Assembly (NCBI GenBank): GCA_951406725.2
Contig: OX597817.1
Location: 165,292,001 to 165,356,000 of the forward strand
Reading direction: 5' to 3'
Length of the DNA: 64,000 bases
Source of the DNA: Octopus vulgaris
Taxonomy: Eukaryota
Shown here: positions 13,160-29,155 of the stretch, one piece after another
How positions within the stretch are numbered: position 1 is the first letter of the stretch
Layout: every line of letters starts with the position of its first letter
Translations under genes and position numbers: made by a program
The notes under the pieces: generated by a model
Told to the model about the DNA's origin: nothing
The model's database searches: none
The model's input: the letters and a program-made list of their open reading frames with translations, nothing else

Positions 13160-15765
13160 ACTGACCACCACCTGGTACGTGCAAAAGTGAAATTAATCAC
13201 AAAATGTAAAATCCGGGCTACAGGTATTACCCTGCCTAAAAGACTGAATGTTGCTTATCTTAAGTGCAATAATGTGAAGAGAACTTTACGAGAGGAAATG
13301 ACTGCTACAGATATTGGTGAGGATTGGCCGACCCTTAAAAAGCCAGGAAAGTTCTGGGATTGATGCAAAGAAAGCATCAAGATTGGTTTAAAGAAAATTA
13401 TGAACATGTAGATGATTTATTGGCTGATAAAAGACGTACTTTGTCACGCTATTTGTCAGCAAAGCCACAGGAGAGAGATGTGTTGCATAGGGAACTCAAG
13501 GATGTGAAATCATCTCTCAGATGAGGGATACGTGGTGGAGTAAGAAGGCTGATGAGATACAGGTGGCATCGGATTCTAATAAGACAAAGCTGTTGTATGG
13601 TCTCTTGCAAGGAGTTTATGGACCGACGTCTTCTCTGATGATCCCACTTCAAAGCAGGGATGGTAAAGAACCTCTTCGGGATTCACAAGGAATTCTGCGA
13701 AGGTGACGAAGCCACTTTGATGAACTTTTGAATCAGCAGTCTGTAGTCAGTGAGGATATTCTCAGTCTCATCCCTGAGTTACCTGTGAAGGTGGCTCTCA
13801 CGGAACCACCAATGCTGGAAGAAGTTGCGGTGGCTGTCTTAAGGATGAATAATGGGAGGTCTCCGGGTAGGGATGGCATACATGCGGAGTTGTTACAGCA
13901 TGGTCGTGAGAAACATCTGCAGCAACTTCACTCCTTGTTTGGCAGGATATGAGCTTGTGAATCTGTACCTGAGGACTGGAGAGATACAGTAATCGTGGTT
14001 TTATGTAAGGGAAAGGGCAGCAGGAATGATTGTGGTAACTATAGGAGAATATCATTGCTTTCTGTCGCAGGAGAGGTTTTATGCAGGGTACTTCCGGAAA
14101 CACGATGTAGATTCAGAAGAAGTGTGTGGAATAGGGTCTGGATTTATATCAGGTTTTTGTCTATCTGAGAAAAGCCTTCGATACCGTTAATAGAAATGCA
14201 CTGTGGAAAGTCCTCCAGAAACTTGGTTGTCTTGAAAAGTTCCTTGCTTTGGTTAGGTCTTTTCATGAAGACATGAAGGGTATAGTTAATGTTAGAAGTA
14301 AAATGTCGGAGCCGGTCTCAATAAAAAATGGAGTGAAACAGAGGGCTATTCTGGCACCGACATATATTTGCCATATATTTTGCGTGGTTTTCTGTATTGC
14401 GTTCAGAAACTGCAGATATGTTGTTTACATCGAACCTCTGACAGCATATTTAATATCAGGCGCTTTGCTGCAGAAATAAAGGTATTTACCTGTATCATAA
14501 GAGACCTTTTGTATGCAAATGATTGGGATTTAGTAGCGCACACAGAGATTGACATGCAGCTCATTTTGAATGCATTCTCTGATGCTTGCACTGCCTTAGG
14601 ATTGACAGTCAGTCTCAAGAAAACTGTTGTTATGTACTAACCTGCTCTTAGTAAGCAGTACAGTGAACCAAATATCTATGTGTATAGTAAACTACTTGGT
14701 GTGGTTGATCAGTTTGTCTACCTGGGAAGCACTGTTAATAGATATAGCAATATGGATTGCGAAATTCCATACAGAATTAGGAAAGCAAGTGATGCTTTCG
14801 GAAAGCTGGAAAGGCGCCTCTGGAGTCGGCGAGACATATGCAGAAAGACAAAGATAAAGGCGCACAAGGCGTGTGTGCTCTCTTCGCTTCTTTATGCCTG
14901 CAAGACCTGGGTCACATATCGATACCACCTTAAACAGCTTGAACGTTTCCATCAGATGTCCCTGACGGATCTATGGCATTAATTGGGAGGACCGCATCAG
15001 TGATCTTGAGATATTGGAAGGCTCTCGGTGTGAAAGTTTAGAAGATCTTGTATTGAAGCAAAGGCTCAGATGGAGTGGTCATATGGTCAGGATGAAAGAT
15101 TCAAGGATGCCAAAACAACTCTTTTATCGATAGTTAGCTAAAGGAGAACGACCTCCACATAAACCAAAAAGAGGTATAAAGACTTGCTGAAGGCTTTCCT
15201 TGAAAGATGCTAGCATCTCTTTTGACACATAGGAGGGTATAGCTATTGACCGTAGAAGGTGGAGAAGGATTGTGCATGAGGGGAGAGCTACTTCTGAGAA
15301 ATCTCGAGTTGCGCATGAGAAAGTAAGGAGGAATGTCAGGAAGGGCATCACTGTTGCACTTCTAGACAGTAAGGATCTTCCTATGATGATGACATGCAGT
15401 GTCTGTGCAAGACCCACCCTCAGTAAAGCTGGGCTCATGAGTCATCTTCGTAGTCATAAAGTGAAACCCATGATTGACTACCAAGCCGCTGGTGGTGGTG
15501 CTACACACCATACTAATCATGTTATGTTTATAATATGTTTATAATAATTATTAGGGTATGAAGCCCTAATAATTAAGCTTCATGTAAAGGTACATGAAGC
15601 CCAATTACAATTACAGTCAGTTATTGCCAGTAAAGGTTTTAGATGCTAATTCTGTCCAAGACATTGTAGATTTTTAACTGGGCTAAAAAGTCACTTTGGA
15701 TCACAGCACCGTTAACAGTTAAGCCTCGTGCAATGACCATACTCGATAACGAGGGGACAGCCATC
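13160..15765 (+). mobile_element. 5'-truncated, decayed RTE-clade LINE (APE end, RT, C-terminal C2H2-like motif)
   Basis: TDHHLVRAK; RSPGRDGIHAELL; GNYRRISLLSVAG; KAFDTVNR; NGVKQ; DLLYAND (YADD); FVYLGS; RLRWSGHMVRM; CSVC..HLRSH. Many stops; (ATGT)n tail. Confidence 0.92.
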
Positions 15766-16339
15766 ATATGCATGTATGTATGTATGTATGTATGTATGTA
15801 TGTATGTATGTATGTATGTATGTATGTATGTATGTATGTATGTATGTATGTATGTATGTATGCATAAGTATGTATGTATTCATGTTTATATGTATATGTC
15901 GATCAATATAAGCATGTATGTGCGTCTGTATTTTCCTTTTCTTTTCAGTTCCTTTTTTAGTGGTTTAATATTTAATGAGAGAGTGAGCGTGTGTGTCTGA
16001 ATGTATAATTGCTTGTGCGTATGTATGTGTAAACTTGCAAGCAGTGTACGGCTTCGGCCTCGACCTAACTAATAAAGATATTTTATCTTCTCTCTAGATC
16101 GACCGAAACTTAATTCCACACGAGATACTGATTATGTACATGTATTAGAGATGAAACCATTTGTGTTTATCACAATCGACAAAAAACTGCTAGCAAAGTG
16201 CTCTAATTGGGTGCATACAATATATAGGCCGGTGTAAGTGTTTTTGTGACCACTGATGGAATTCCACTCGCACTGGCAACATATTACAGTATAAATTCTG
16301 GGAATCTAGACTGTGTTTATTTTATCCGCTCGCAGAAAT

Positions 16340-17520
<1,181 letters not shown>

Positions 17521-17652
17521 ACAAATGACGGGGTGGCGTCATTTGAACGCTAAAACAATGCGAAGTGCATTGTGACCAGCGATGTGTTGCAACATCTGAT
17601 AGCCTGGTGGGTCACGTGATCACGTGATCACATATATATACATATATATATA

Positions 17653-17692
<40 letters not shown>

Positions 17693-17696
17693 GAAA

Positions 17697-17731
<35 letters not shown>

Positions 17732-17732
17732 C

Positions 17733-17768
<36 letters not shown>

Positions 17769-17770
17769 AC

Positions 17771-17816
<46 letters not shown>

Positions 17817-17818
<2 letters not shown>

Positions 17819-18043
17819 TTCTTTACTACCCACAAGGGGCTAAACATAGAGGGGACAAACAAGGACGGACAAACGGATTAAGTCTATTACATCGACCCAG
17901 TGCGAAACTGGTAATTTATTTATCGAACCCGAGAGGATGAAAGGCAATGTCGACCTCGGCGGAATTTGAACTCAGAACGTAACGACAGACGAAATACGGC
18001 TAAGCATTTCGCCCGGCGCGCTAACGTTTCTGCCAGCTCGCCG
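17817..18043 (-). mobile_element. SINE family B, full length
   Basis: Near-identical to 45343-45572 and 49636-49860. Confidence 0.88.
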
Positions 18044-18286
18044 GGGATAGATAGATGTGCGGATGTATATATGCTTATATAGCTGTATGAAAGCACGTAC
18101 GTGATTACTGGTATGTATGTGTACATAATTGTGATTGTATGAATGTACGAATGCATGTACTCACAGAAGTGTGTATGTGCTTATATGCTGCCTTATCTTT
18201 AACTTTATGAAAGAAAAGAGGTCTGCGATATATTGTGCCTGCGCGTCTGGGGGTGGGTGAGTAAAAAAATATATATATACGTACAA

Positions 18287-18348
<62 letters not shown>

Positions 18349-18474
18349 GTATGTATATATATATTTATATAAGTATATATACGTATATATATATGTTTAT
18401 ATGTAAACGTACGTATACTTCGATACATAAATTAGAGTATATATATGTATATATGTATATATACTATATATATA

Positions 18475-18548
<74 letters not shown>

Positions 18549-18898
18549 GTATACACATGGGGATGGATATATGTGCGGATGTATATATGGTTATATAACT
18601 GGATGAAAGCGCGTATGTGATTACTGATATGTATACATACATATGTACATACACACACACACACACTCACACACACACACATATATATTTGTATGTATGG
18701 ATGGATGTATATATCACTCTGTTTATTCACAATCACATATCGACGTGTGCGCGCACTCAAAATCACTCACACCTGAACAATAATATTTGGTGTGAACACA
18801 CTTTTTTCCACGTGCAGTAAATTTTCTATACAGTTTAATATATGTATATATACATGTATGTATATATATGCACCAATGTAGGCTATGTATTTATGCAA

Positions 18899-18976
<78 letters not shown>

Positions 18977-18981
18977 GTCTG

Positions 18982-19034
<53 letters not shown>

Positions 19035-19063
19035 GCACCAATATAGGCTATGTATTTATGCAA

Positions 19064-19145
<82 letters not shown>

Positions 19146-19351
19146 CTCTGTCCGTCCATCCATCCATCCATCCACCAGCATACACATAAACTCACGCACA
19201 CACATATCTAAATAGACAGATAGATAACTACATATTTAAAAATGTGTGTATGTATGTTTGTGCGAAGTTATATGTATATCGTAAAAGTCATATATGTATA
19301 TATGTATATTTTGTATATGTACAACCATATATATCTACCTAGAAATATGTA

Positions 19352-19384
<33 letters not shown>

Positions 19385-19660
19385 GGGAGAAAGAGAGTGA
19401 GAGGGAGAGAGTGAGTGAGAGAGAGGGAAACAGAAATAGAATTTTTGCACGTGTGTATATTCGGTATCTAAATATATATTCAGTGTGTATATTTGGTACA
19501 CAAGTTTTCAGTATGATTCAAGGATAATTTTAGTGTATTTTGGAAATAGCCAGGACATGTTTCGGTATATTAGAAATATAACTGTCTTCGAACATACATA
19601 CACATTCATACATATATACATACATACATATATACATACATACATACATACATACATACA

Positions 19661-19692
<32 letters not shown>

Positions 19693-19757
19693 CTGCATAC
19701 ATGCATACATTCATACGTACATATACTGCATACATACATGCATACGTACATATATAC

Positions 19758-19819
<62 letters not shown>

Positions 19820-19964
19820 ATTGGAAGGTTTGGAGATGATGTACAGGTATTATATATTAGAAGAAATGAGGTACTCAGAAAATCGGATGGTTTACAGATA
19901 TTTATTTGTATATTACATTTTTTATACATATATATCATATCGCTTAGATCATTAGCGCTTTCTC

Positions 19965-20023
<59 letters not shown>

Positions 20024-20660
20024 CAATAATAACAAAGGGTAAAATTATTTAATTAAGAAGTAATCAATAAATTCACCAAGTAGAATTCGGCATGAAAAAA
20101 AGGACTATTTCATGGTAAACTTAAGTAATACTTAATAATTAGGGTTCAGCAAAGATTTGGTTTAACACATACCGAAGTTTAGAAATATATATATATATAT
20201 TTTGCCTACGCACATACAAGCATATATGAGTATATGTATGCACGCAAATATATATATACATCAATATGTATGCAATATATAAATAGTATACATACTGTAC
20301 TATATTCATAGGTGCAAATATACAGACACATATTCATACATACATAGGTGGATGTAGAAAAATTTACATGTTCATCAATACACACATACTCATATATATA
20401 TAATAGATATTTCGTTATCACAATAAGCGTCAATTCAAAATATATTTGATACATATATATTTATATGTAAATACATAAAATTTATATGTGCGTCATCTTG
20501 TATGTGTCTATAGATATGTATGTATGTATGTATGTATCTATGTATGTATGTATGTATGTATGTATGTATGTATGTATGTATGCATGTTTATATATATATA
20601 TACACATATATCTATGTATGTATATATATATACATACATATATATATATGTTATATACAT

Positions 20661-20691
<31 letters not shown>

Positions 20692-20698
20692 CATATAC

Positions 20699-20774
<76 letters not shown>

Positions 20775-20878
20775 AAAATAACAAGGGTGAAAAATTGAAT
20801 ATTAATTTGCTTAATATCAATTTAAAAAAAGTAGTCTAGCATATAGAAAAATCTGAAGGTTCAGAAAAATTATATTAC

Positions 20879-20909
<31 letters not shown>

Positions 20910-21000
20910 TGTATGTATGTATGTATGTATGTATGTATGTATGTATGTATGTATGTATGTATGTATGTGTGTGTGTATGTGTATGTGTGTATATATGCAT

Positions 21001-21043
<43 letters not shown>

Positions 21044-21110
21044 TATGCATATAGATAGATAGATAGATAGGCATGGGTATTGTGTATATAAGCATGTATG
21101 CATATATATT

Positions 21111-21287
21111 GGCAGACACGTTAGCGCGCCGGGCGAAATGCTTAGCGGTATTTCGTCTGTCGTTACGTTCTGAGTTCAAATTCCGCCGGGGTCAACTTTG
21201 CCTTTCATCCTTTCGAGGTCGATAAATAGAGTACCAGTTTCGCACTGGGGTCGATATAATCGACTCAATCCCTTCTGTCCTTGTTTG
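21111..21287 (+). mobile_element. SINE family B
   Basis: Matches the family B consensus. Confidence 0.85.
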
Positions 21288-21296
21288 CATGTAAAG

Positions 21297-21388
<92 letters not shown>

Positions 21389-22197
21389 GAAGCACCCGCG
21401 CACATATAAATCCGCACAAAATATATATATATAAGACTATTAGTGTGTTTCTGTGCGTCTATGTTCCTGTATATGTATGGGGTGGGACGAAGAGAGCATA
21501 TTTGAGAATACCCTACGTCGCTTGTTTAGCTACATTGATTTAGATTCACCTGCGTGAATATGCACCCGTGTAAAAATGCGAAAACAAAAGAACAGAGAAA
21601 ATAGAATGAAATTGTAAAAAAAAATTTATTGCTACTCCCTCCGAATTTATTGAAACATTCGGCGTTTCGATGCGACACCACCGTTTGTCCGTCGTTGTTC
21701 AACGACTGAAACAAATATGTGTGTGCGTTTGTGTGTATGTGTAAATATATGTATATAAATATATATATATATTTATACACACATTCACGTATATACAAAT
21801 TCATATATACAAATACTAATGATATATATATATATGATTTTTCATATTTTACCCTTACATTTCCACGTTTATTTTATATTTTGTATTTTGTATTTTATAT
21901 TTTCTTTTTGTAACATATTTCTACTATATATACATATATATATATACATATATATATTTATATATATATATATAAGTAGGCTATATTCCTATGTACACAT
22001 AGATATAGTAGTTTGTGTGTTTATGTATGTACAAATTCTTTAGAAAGTAGAGATAAATAAATAGTTATCTACAATAAAAAAAATCGCAACGCAGATGGAC
22101 GCGTTGATATAAGTATTATAAATGCTATATATACATACATAGCTCAGTACTATATATATATATATATAATACACATATATATATATGTATATATATA

Positions 22198-22283
<86 letters not shown>

Positions 22284-22470
22284 CATTTATATAATTTTAT
22301 TGAAGATGAAAAATCTACACAAAATTGTGAAAATTTGCAGCTTTAATAAAAGGATATTACTCTAGCTCAGGTATTCGAGTATTAATTTTGTCCACCTTGT
22401 TTTGCACTTATATTCTAACCCGTGTGTGTGTGTATGAGGGTGTGCAATTATTTGAGTGTGGGTGTGTGTG

Positions 22471-22542
<72 letters not shown>

Positions 22543-22546
<4 letters not shown>

Positions 22547-22733
22547 TATATAGAAGGATACAGGACTAGAACTGTTTCATTCAAGAGAAATCTTCAGGAG
22601 CTTCCTGAAGATTTCTCTTAGAATGAAACAGTTCTAGTCCTGTAGAAGCTCCTTCTATATAATAAATTAATTTTACTCTGCTATGTATTGAGTACCTTAT
22701 TTACTGTGGTTAACCCTGAATCAACCCGGGACC

Positions 22734-22737
<4 letters not shown>
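22543..22737 (+). mobile_element. Short fold-back Penelope-like element with tail, in (TA)n
   Basis: 22559-22598 is inverted relative to 22604-22644; tail ends in ACCCGGGACCTAC. Confidence 0.75.
22599..22650 (+). ncRNA. Type I hammerhead ribozyme
   Basis: Stem I AGCTTC/GAAGCT; CTGAAGA at 22605-22611; short stem II; GAAACAG-ttctagtc-CTG-TA; predicted cleavage after A22644. Confidence 0.8.
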
Positions 22738-22781
<44 letters not shown>

Positions 22782-23024
22782 ACACATACAATCGCTTACA
22801 AACACATACACACACACACGCACCATTACACATACATGCACGCACTCACCAAAACACACATGCACATCTTCAACACACGGACTTATGTCCCGAATATATA
22901 ATTTGAGTAAAATCTATAAGTTACAAGGGAATGTATACATCTGGTACATATATAGAGATATGAAGACATATACGTATTCTATATGTGTTTTTTATTCATA
23001 CTTCAGTTGCTCAGATATGTATTT

Positions 23025-23178
23025 ATAAATATAACATATTATGCAAATAAATATAACATATTATGCAAATAAATATAATATATTATGCAAATAAATATAA
23101 TATATTATGCAAATAAATATAACATATTATGCAAATAAATATAATATATTATGCAAATAAATATAACATATTATGCAA
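23025..23178. repeat. 22 bp minisatellite (ATAAATATAAYATATTATGCAA) x~7
   Basis: Direct tandem units. Confidence 0.9.
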
Positions 23179-23254
23179 TTATGTGTGAATGTATGATTAT
23201 ACGTGAGTTTCTGTGCATCTATTTATTTATATGCGTCTATATATGTGTATGCAC

Positions 23255-23296
<42 letters not shown>

Positions 23297-23486
23297 TAAG
23301 TGTATATATATATATCATAAGTGTATATATATATCTATATATATACATACACTTATTCGTACATACATACATTCATTCATACATGCATACATTCATATAT
23401 ATATTTATACATACATGCATACATTCATACTTACATTTATACCTGCCTACCTGTCTACATACATACATACACATGATCGTATATAT

Positions 23487-23564
<78 letters not shown>

Positions 23565-23607
23565 ATAAGCATACAGACCCACTCACTCACACACACAGAC
23601 ATATGAA

Positions 23608-23671
<64 letters not shown>

Positions 23672-23957
23672 AATGCATGTATGACTACGTGCATGTATAA
23701 CTAACATGTATGAATATACATGTAATTCTGTTTTGGAACAGAAGATCACGAAACACGTAGGCTATAAATAATGGGATGTATGTATTTCGTTGGAAACTCT
23801 CTTTTGTATAGAAGAAATCTGAGGCTTCGAAGTTATCTATGTATAAGGTTTTGCCAGCTCAGTACTTACATGTTGTTATTTATAGCTTTGAGTTCATTGA
23901 AATCCATTGTCCCAAAATATATAAATTCACATGAAATCATCAATAGGAGTGGCTATA

Positions 23958-24278
23958 GGCGCAGGAGTGGCTGTGTGGTAAGTAGCTTGCTAACCAACCA
24001 CATGGTTCCGGGTTCAGTCCCACTGCGTGGCATCTTGGGCAAGTGTCATTCTGCTATAGCCCCGGACCGACCAATACCTTGTGAGTGGATTTGGTAGACG
24101 GAAACTGAAAGAAGCCTGTCGTATATATGTATATATATACATATAAGTGTGTGTGTTTGTATGTTTGTGTGTCTGTGTTTGTCCCCCTAGCATTGCTTGA
24201 CAACCGATGCTGGTGTGTTTACGTCTCCGTCATTTACCAGTTCGGCAAAAGAGACCGATAGAATAAGTACTGGGCTTA
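23958..24278 (+). mobile_element. SINE family A
   Basis: GGCGCAGGAGTGGCTGTGTGGTAAG...GGTTCAGTCC tRNA-like head. Confidence 0.88.
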
Positions 24279-24338
24279 CTTGTATGTATATATGTATATA
24301 TACATATATATGTATATATTGTATATATATATTATATA

Positions 24339-24382
<44 letters not shown>

Positions 24383-24534
24383 TATGTGTATGTTTGGTAC
24401 GTGGTAAGTGCGTGCTTTTGTGTGTTTATAGGTGGTAAGAACCATGCTCCTCACCCACAGGGTTCCGAGTTCAGTCCCACTGTGTGGCTTGTGATTTCTA
24501 CTATAGAAAACGATCTTTAAATGCATATATATAT

Positions 24535-24565
<31 letters not shown>

Positions 24566-24608
24566 TATATATATATGCATATATATATGTGTGTATATAT
24601 ATATTTAT

Positions 24609-24653
<45 letters not shown>

Positions 24654-24674
24654 TATGAGTATATATAAATCTGC

Positions 24675-24749
<75 letters not shown>

Positions 24750-25102
24750 CGTATGCGTGAGTATATGCATGTGTGTATCTATAGTGAGACTACATGTAAT
24801 GCATTATCTGTCTTATGTATGTGCAAATGTTTCTGTCAATGTGTGTATACCAGCCAAAGTTGTGATATTTATTTAGTAGTCTGTGCCTTCCAAGATACCA
24901 TCAACTTTTACAGGACATTGCCTGTAAATGTTATAGACATGCTTGGTAAAGTTGGTGATCAGTATTAGCTTGAAATTTTGCCTGATATGAATCTATGCTT
25001 TACTATATTTTCATACACATTTGATAAATGTTTTCCTTAAATAAAGATAATCACACATTTAATTTCTATATAATTTCTATATACACATCATGTATATGGT
25101 GG

Positions 25103-25181
<79 letters not shown>

Positions 25182-25254
25182 TCACCTAATGCGGTTCACC
25201 TATCACGGTTTTTTATTTAAGCTTACGACGATTCTACCGTGGAGTTGTTTTGCA

Positions 25255-25393
<139 letters not shown>

Positions 25394-25505
25394 ACAAAAC
25401 TATCTAAAAATATGTACAATACAGTACTGTCTCTGCTTCGCAACTTTTCACCTACCGCAGGGTTTTTTGAAAGGTAACACACACGATAGCCGAGGGATTA
25501 CTGTA

Positions 25506-25578
<73 letters not shown>

Positions 25579-25607
25579 GTTGTTGTTATTATTATCATTA
25601 TTATTAT

Positions 25608-25746
25608 CTTTTTTTCTTTCAAATTTGCTTCCATTTCTTGCCGAGTGTCTTCCCGACTCCTAGGGCAAAGAAACTCATAGTATACATTGGTAGGCCATTA
25701 AACTAAAGTCACTAGTTCGTTCATTTTTTTTTTTAAAGTTAAATTC
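25608..25746 (-). mobile_element. 3' UTR-only copy of the Dong/R4-like element at 62745-63905, inside (TAT)n
   Basis: Reverse complement matches 63750-63900 (GAGTTTCTTTGCCCTAGGAGTCGGGAAGACACTCGGCAAGAAATGGAAG). Confidence 0.88.
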
Positions 25747-25751
25747 AATTA

Positions 25752-25856
<105 letters not shown>

Positions 25857-25864
25857 CTATTATT

Positions 25865-25956
<92 letters not shown>

Positions 25957-26061
25957 CATCATCATCATCATTCATTATTATAACCATCATTAATGCACAC
26001 ACAGCGCGCGCACACACACACACACATATATGTAAATAAATATATATGTATACAATATATA

Positions 26062-26251
26062 AAACTTTCGACCAAAGATTGGTCCAGGCCATGTCTAAAT
26101 TAATAGCACCACCTGATAGGATTATCTAAATCCTGTTTAGGTCAAGTTTTGTTTATGGTCCATTCAAGTAGTTAGTTTTTGTTGGGTGAGTTGTATCCAA
26201 TTATGGGCGGCTTATCTGGTATTCCTTGAAGGAATCTATCCAGACTCCGTT

Positions 26252-26253
<2 letters not shown>
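26062..26253 (-). mobile_element. L2/CR1-group LINE 3' end
   Basis: Minus frame [20 protein letters not shown]...LLEW, followed by the terminal stem-loop GACCA-ATCTT-TGGTC. Confidence 0.75.
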
Positions 26254-26324
<71 letters not shown>

Positions 26325-26596
26325 AATACATATATGCACATGTGTGTATATTTCATGTATGCACCAATCTGTGTGTCTCTCTGCATGTATGTATATTTAG
26401 TTGTATACATGCATATATACATATATACTTCCGGACTATCTCACTCTGTGAGAGCCTCAGTTCAAATCGCACGTGTCTCGAATGGGCTGGAGTATTTCTA
26501 TTTTGGATGTATTTGGGGTACTTAGTTGAGCTCATGACTTAGTGTTTGCTTCTTCCATGGGTATGAGTAAGTATCTCATTTATTTCTTTTGCCACA

Positions 26597-26653
26597 TGTA
26601 TCACTGACGAAGAGAGGGCTCTTAGTAGCTAACTCTGAAATCGGTCCGATATG
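26597..26653 (+). ncRNA. Hammerhead ribozyme in a (TA)n-flanked insert (~26428-26800)
   Basis: CTGACGA at 26604-26610; stem II AGAG/CTCT; GAAA-TCGG-TC; imperfect stem I TATCA/CGATA. Confidence 0.7.
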
Positions 26654-26798
26654 GTAATAATGGAATTTTTTAGAAATTTCTGTCGGCCTTTTTTCGAGTA
26701 GCGTGCGTATTGTGAAAAAATTATATGGTTAATGGACAATATGTCCAATTTTACGGCATATTTGGCATTAGACATTTTTTCCTTTGCCCTCATTTATG

Positions 26799-26860
<62 letters not shown>

Positions 26861-27200
26861 TCAATATAGGGTGGCAAAAAAAATTTTGTAGAATTCTTTT
26901 GCCACCAGCGGCCTAGTAGGAAAAAATTAAATAGTCATAAACCATTTTTACGTTCAACATCACAACAAGGAACGGCCATAATAGGCCATTCACCCACTAG
27001 AAATAACAGATAGATAGATAGATAGATAGATATAGTTATACATACACACATACTTAACATTGCATGTAACTATTTTGTATACGTGTGTCCATTTAGAATG
27101 ATAGCGATGCTTTGGATAATTAAATGTTTTCCACCTATTTTACTTCGCATATTTTCAAACATTTCCATAAATCTATCTATTATTATCCTTCTGATTGTGA

Positions 27201-27252
<52 letters not shown>

Positions 27253-27340
27253 ATTTTTTCTCTTATGAGGTCTTTCACGCTATCTACCTGATAATTTCTT
27301 GTTAAGATTCCTTATTAAGAAGTTGTCCTTAATTGTTAAA

Positions 27341-27387
<47 letters not shown>

Positions 27388-27949
27388 ATAATATAAAAAA
27401 AGGAACTAAGAAGTGGACCGAAACGACGAATCGGAACGAACCTGATGCGGGGCGCTGTCAGACAATAAGGTGATAAATAAAAATATATGCATACATACAA
27501 ACATATATGTACGTACCTACATCTACATGTATATATACGTGCATATATAAATAATTATACGTGAGTACAGGACATCACAATAAGACGTAGAAACGGAAAA
27601 AACCCAAAAACAAAAAACACGAAAACGAAAAACAAGAAAACGAAAAACAATTACAGGACGAGCTACACAAGGACAAAACCCCCGTCATCAGCTGTCGCTA
27701 GTGGAGTCAGGCATGTTTCGAAGGCATAGACAGAACACTAATCCAATAAGCCTTCCTGCGAGAGACATACATACAAGTATATATATAAACATGAATATAT
27801 GTGTTTGTAAATATACATATATATGTATGTATATACACACATATATATAAACATATATATATATATATATATATGTATATAAATATGTATGTATATACAT
27901 GTATATCTGCATGTATATGTATATATAGATATATATATACATACACACG

Positions 27950-27986
<37 letters not shown>

Positions 27987-28043
27987 TACACACACACGCA
28001 CATATATATATAGACAGATAGATAAAAAGATAGAGAGTTAAAT

Positions 28044-28110
<67 letters not shown>

Positions 28111-28268
28111 TAGTTATACATACACACATACTTAACATTGCATGTAACTATTTTGTATACGTGTGTCCATTTAGAATGATAGCGATGCTTTGGATAATTA
28201 AATGTTTTCCACCTATTTTACTTCGCATATTTTCAAACATTTCCATAACATATCTATCTATCTATCTA

Positions 28269-28334
<66 letters not shown>

Positions 28335-28351
28335 AATCCATCTATCAATCC

Positions 28352-28483
<132 letters not shown>

Positions 28484-28519
28484 GTCTATCTACCTATCTA
28501 TATCTCTATCTATCTACAG

Positions 28520-28805
28520 GAGCACTCTGTCGGTTACAACGACGTAGGTCGAAGCTGATATGATCAACGGAACAGCCTGCTCGTGAAATTAATGCGCAAG
28601 TGGCTGAGCACTCTACAGACACTTGTACCCTTTATGTAGTTCTCAGGGAGGTTCAGCGTGACACAGAGTGTGACAAGGCTGGATCTTTGAAATACGGGTA
28701 CTACTCATTCTTGCCGAGTGGACTGTAGCAACGATTCGTCGGGAATTGAACTCACGCCCTTATGATCGTGAGCGGAATAGCCCAACCATTAAGCCATGCG
28801 CCTTC
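28520..28805 (-). mobile_element. SINE with the 3' tail shared with 57945-58330
   Basis: ATCAACGGAACAGCCTGCTCGTGAAATTAA shared with 57993-58022; tRNA-like head at ~28740-28805. Confidence 0.8.
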
Positions 28806-28823
28806 ACACACACACACACGCAC

Positions 28824-28872
<49 letters not shown>

Positions 28873-28983
28873 AACATATATATATATATATAAAGGGAAA
28901 GTTTACGAAAATACACAAAAGACGAAGGCAGGTGGAGTACAAACAAACAAATGTATTAGTATAACGCTCAGGAATAGAGAAAG

Positions 28984-29021
28984 TCTTTTACGTTTCGAGC
29001 CTACGCTCTTCGACAGAAAGA
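28984..29021 (-). ncRNA. Minimal hammerhead-like motif in a pLTR fragment (~28892-29092)
   Basis: Minus strand TCTTT-CTGTCGA-A-GAGC-gtag-GCTC-GAAA-CG-TA-AAAGA. Confidence 0.6.
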
Positions 29022-29090
29022 TACACAGAAAAAAACGAGAGAAACAAGGAGAGAGAGAAATTCGTGTAGGAGCTAACGATCTATCATGGC

Positions 29091-29152
<62 letters not shown>

Positions 29153-29155
<3 letters not shown>

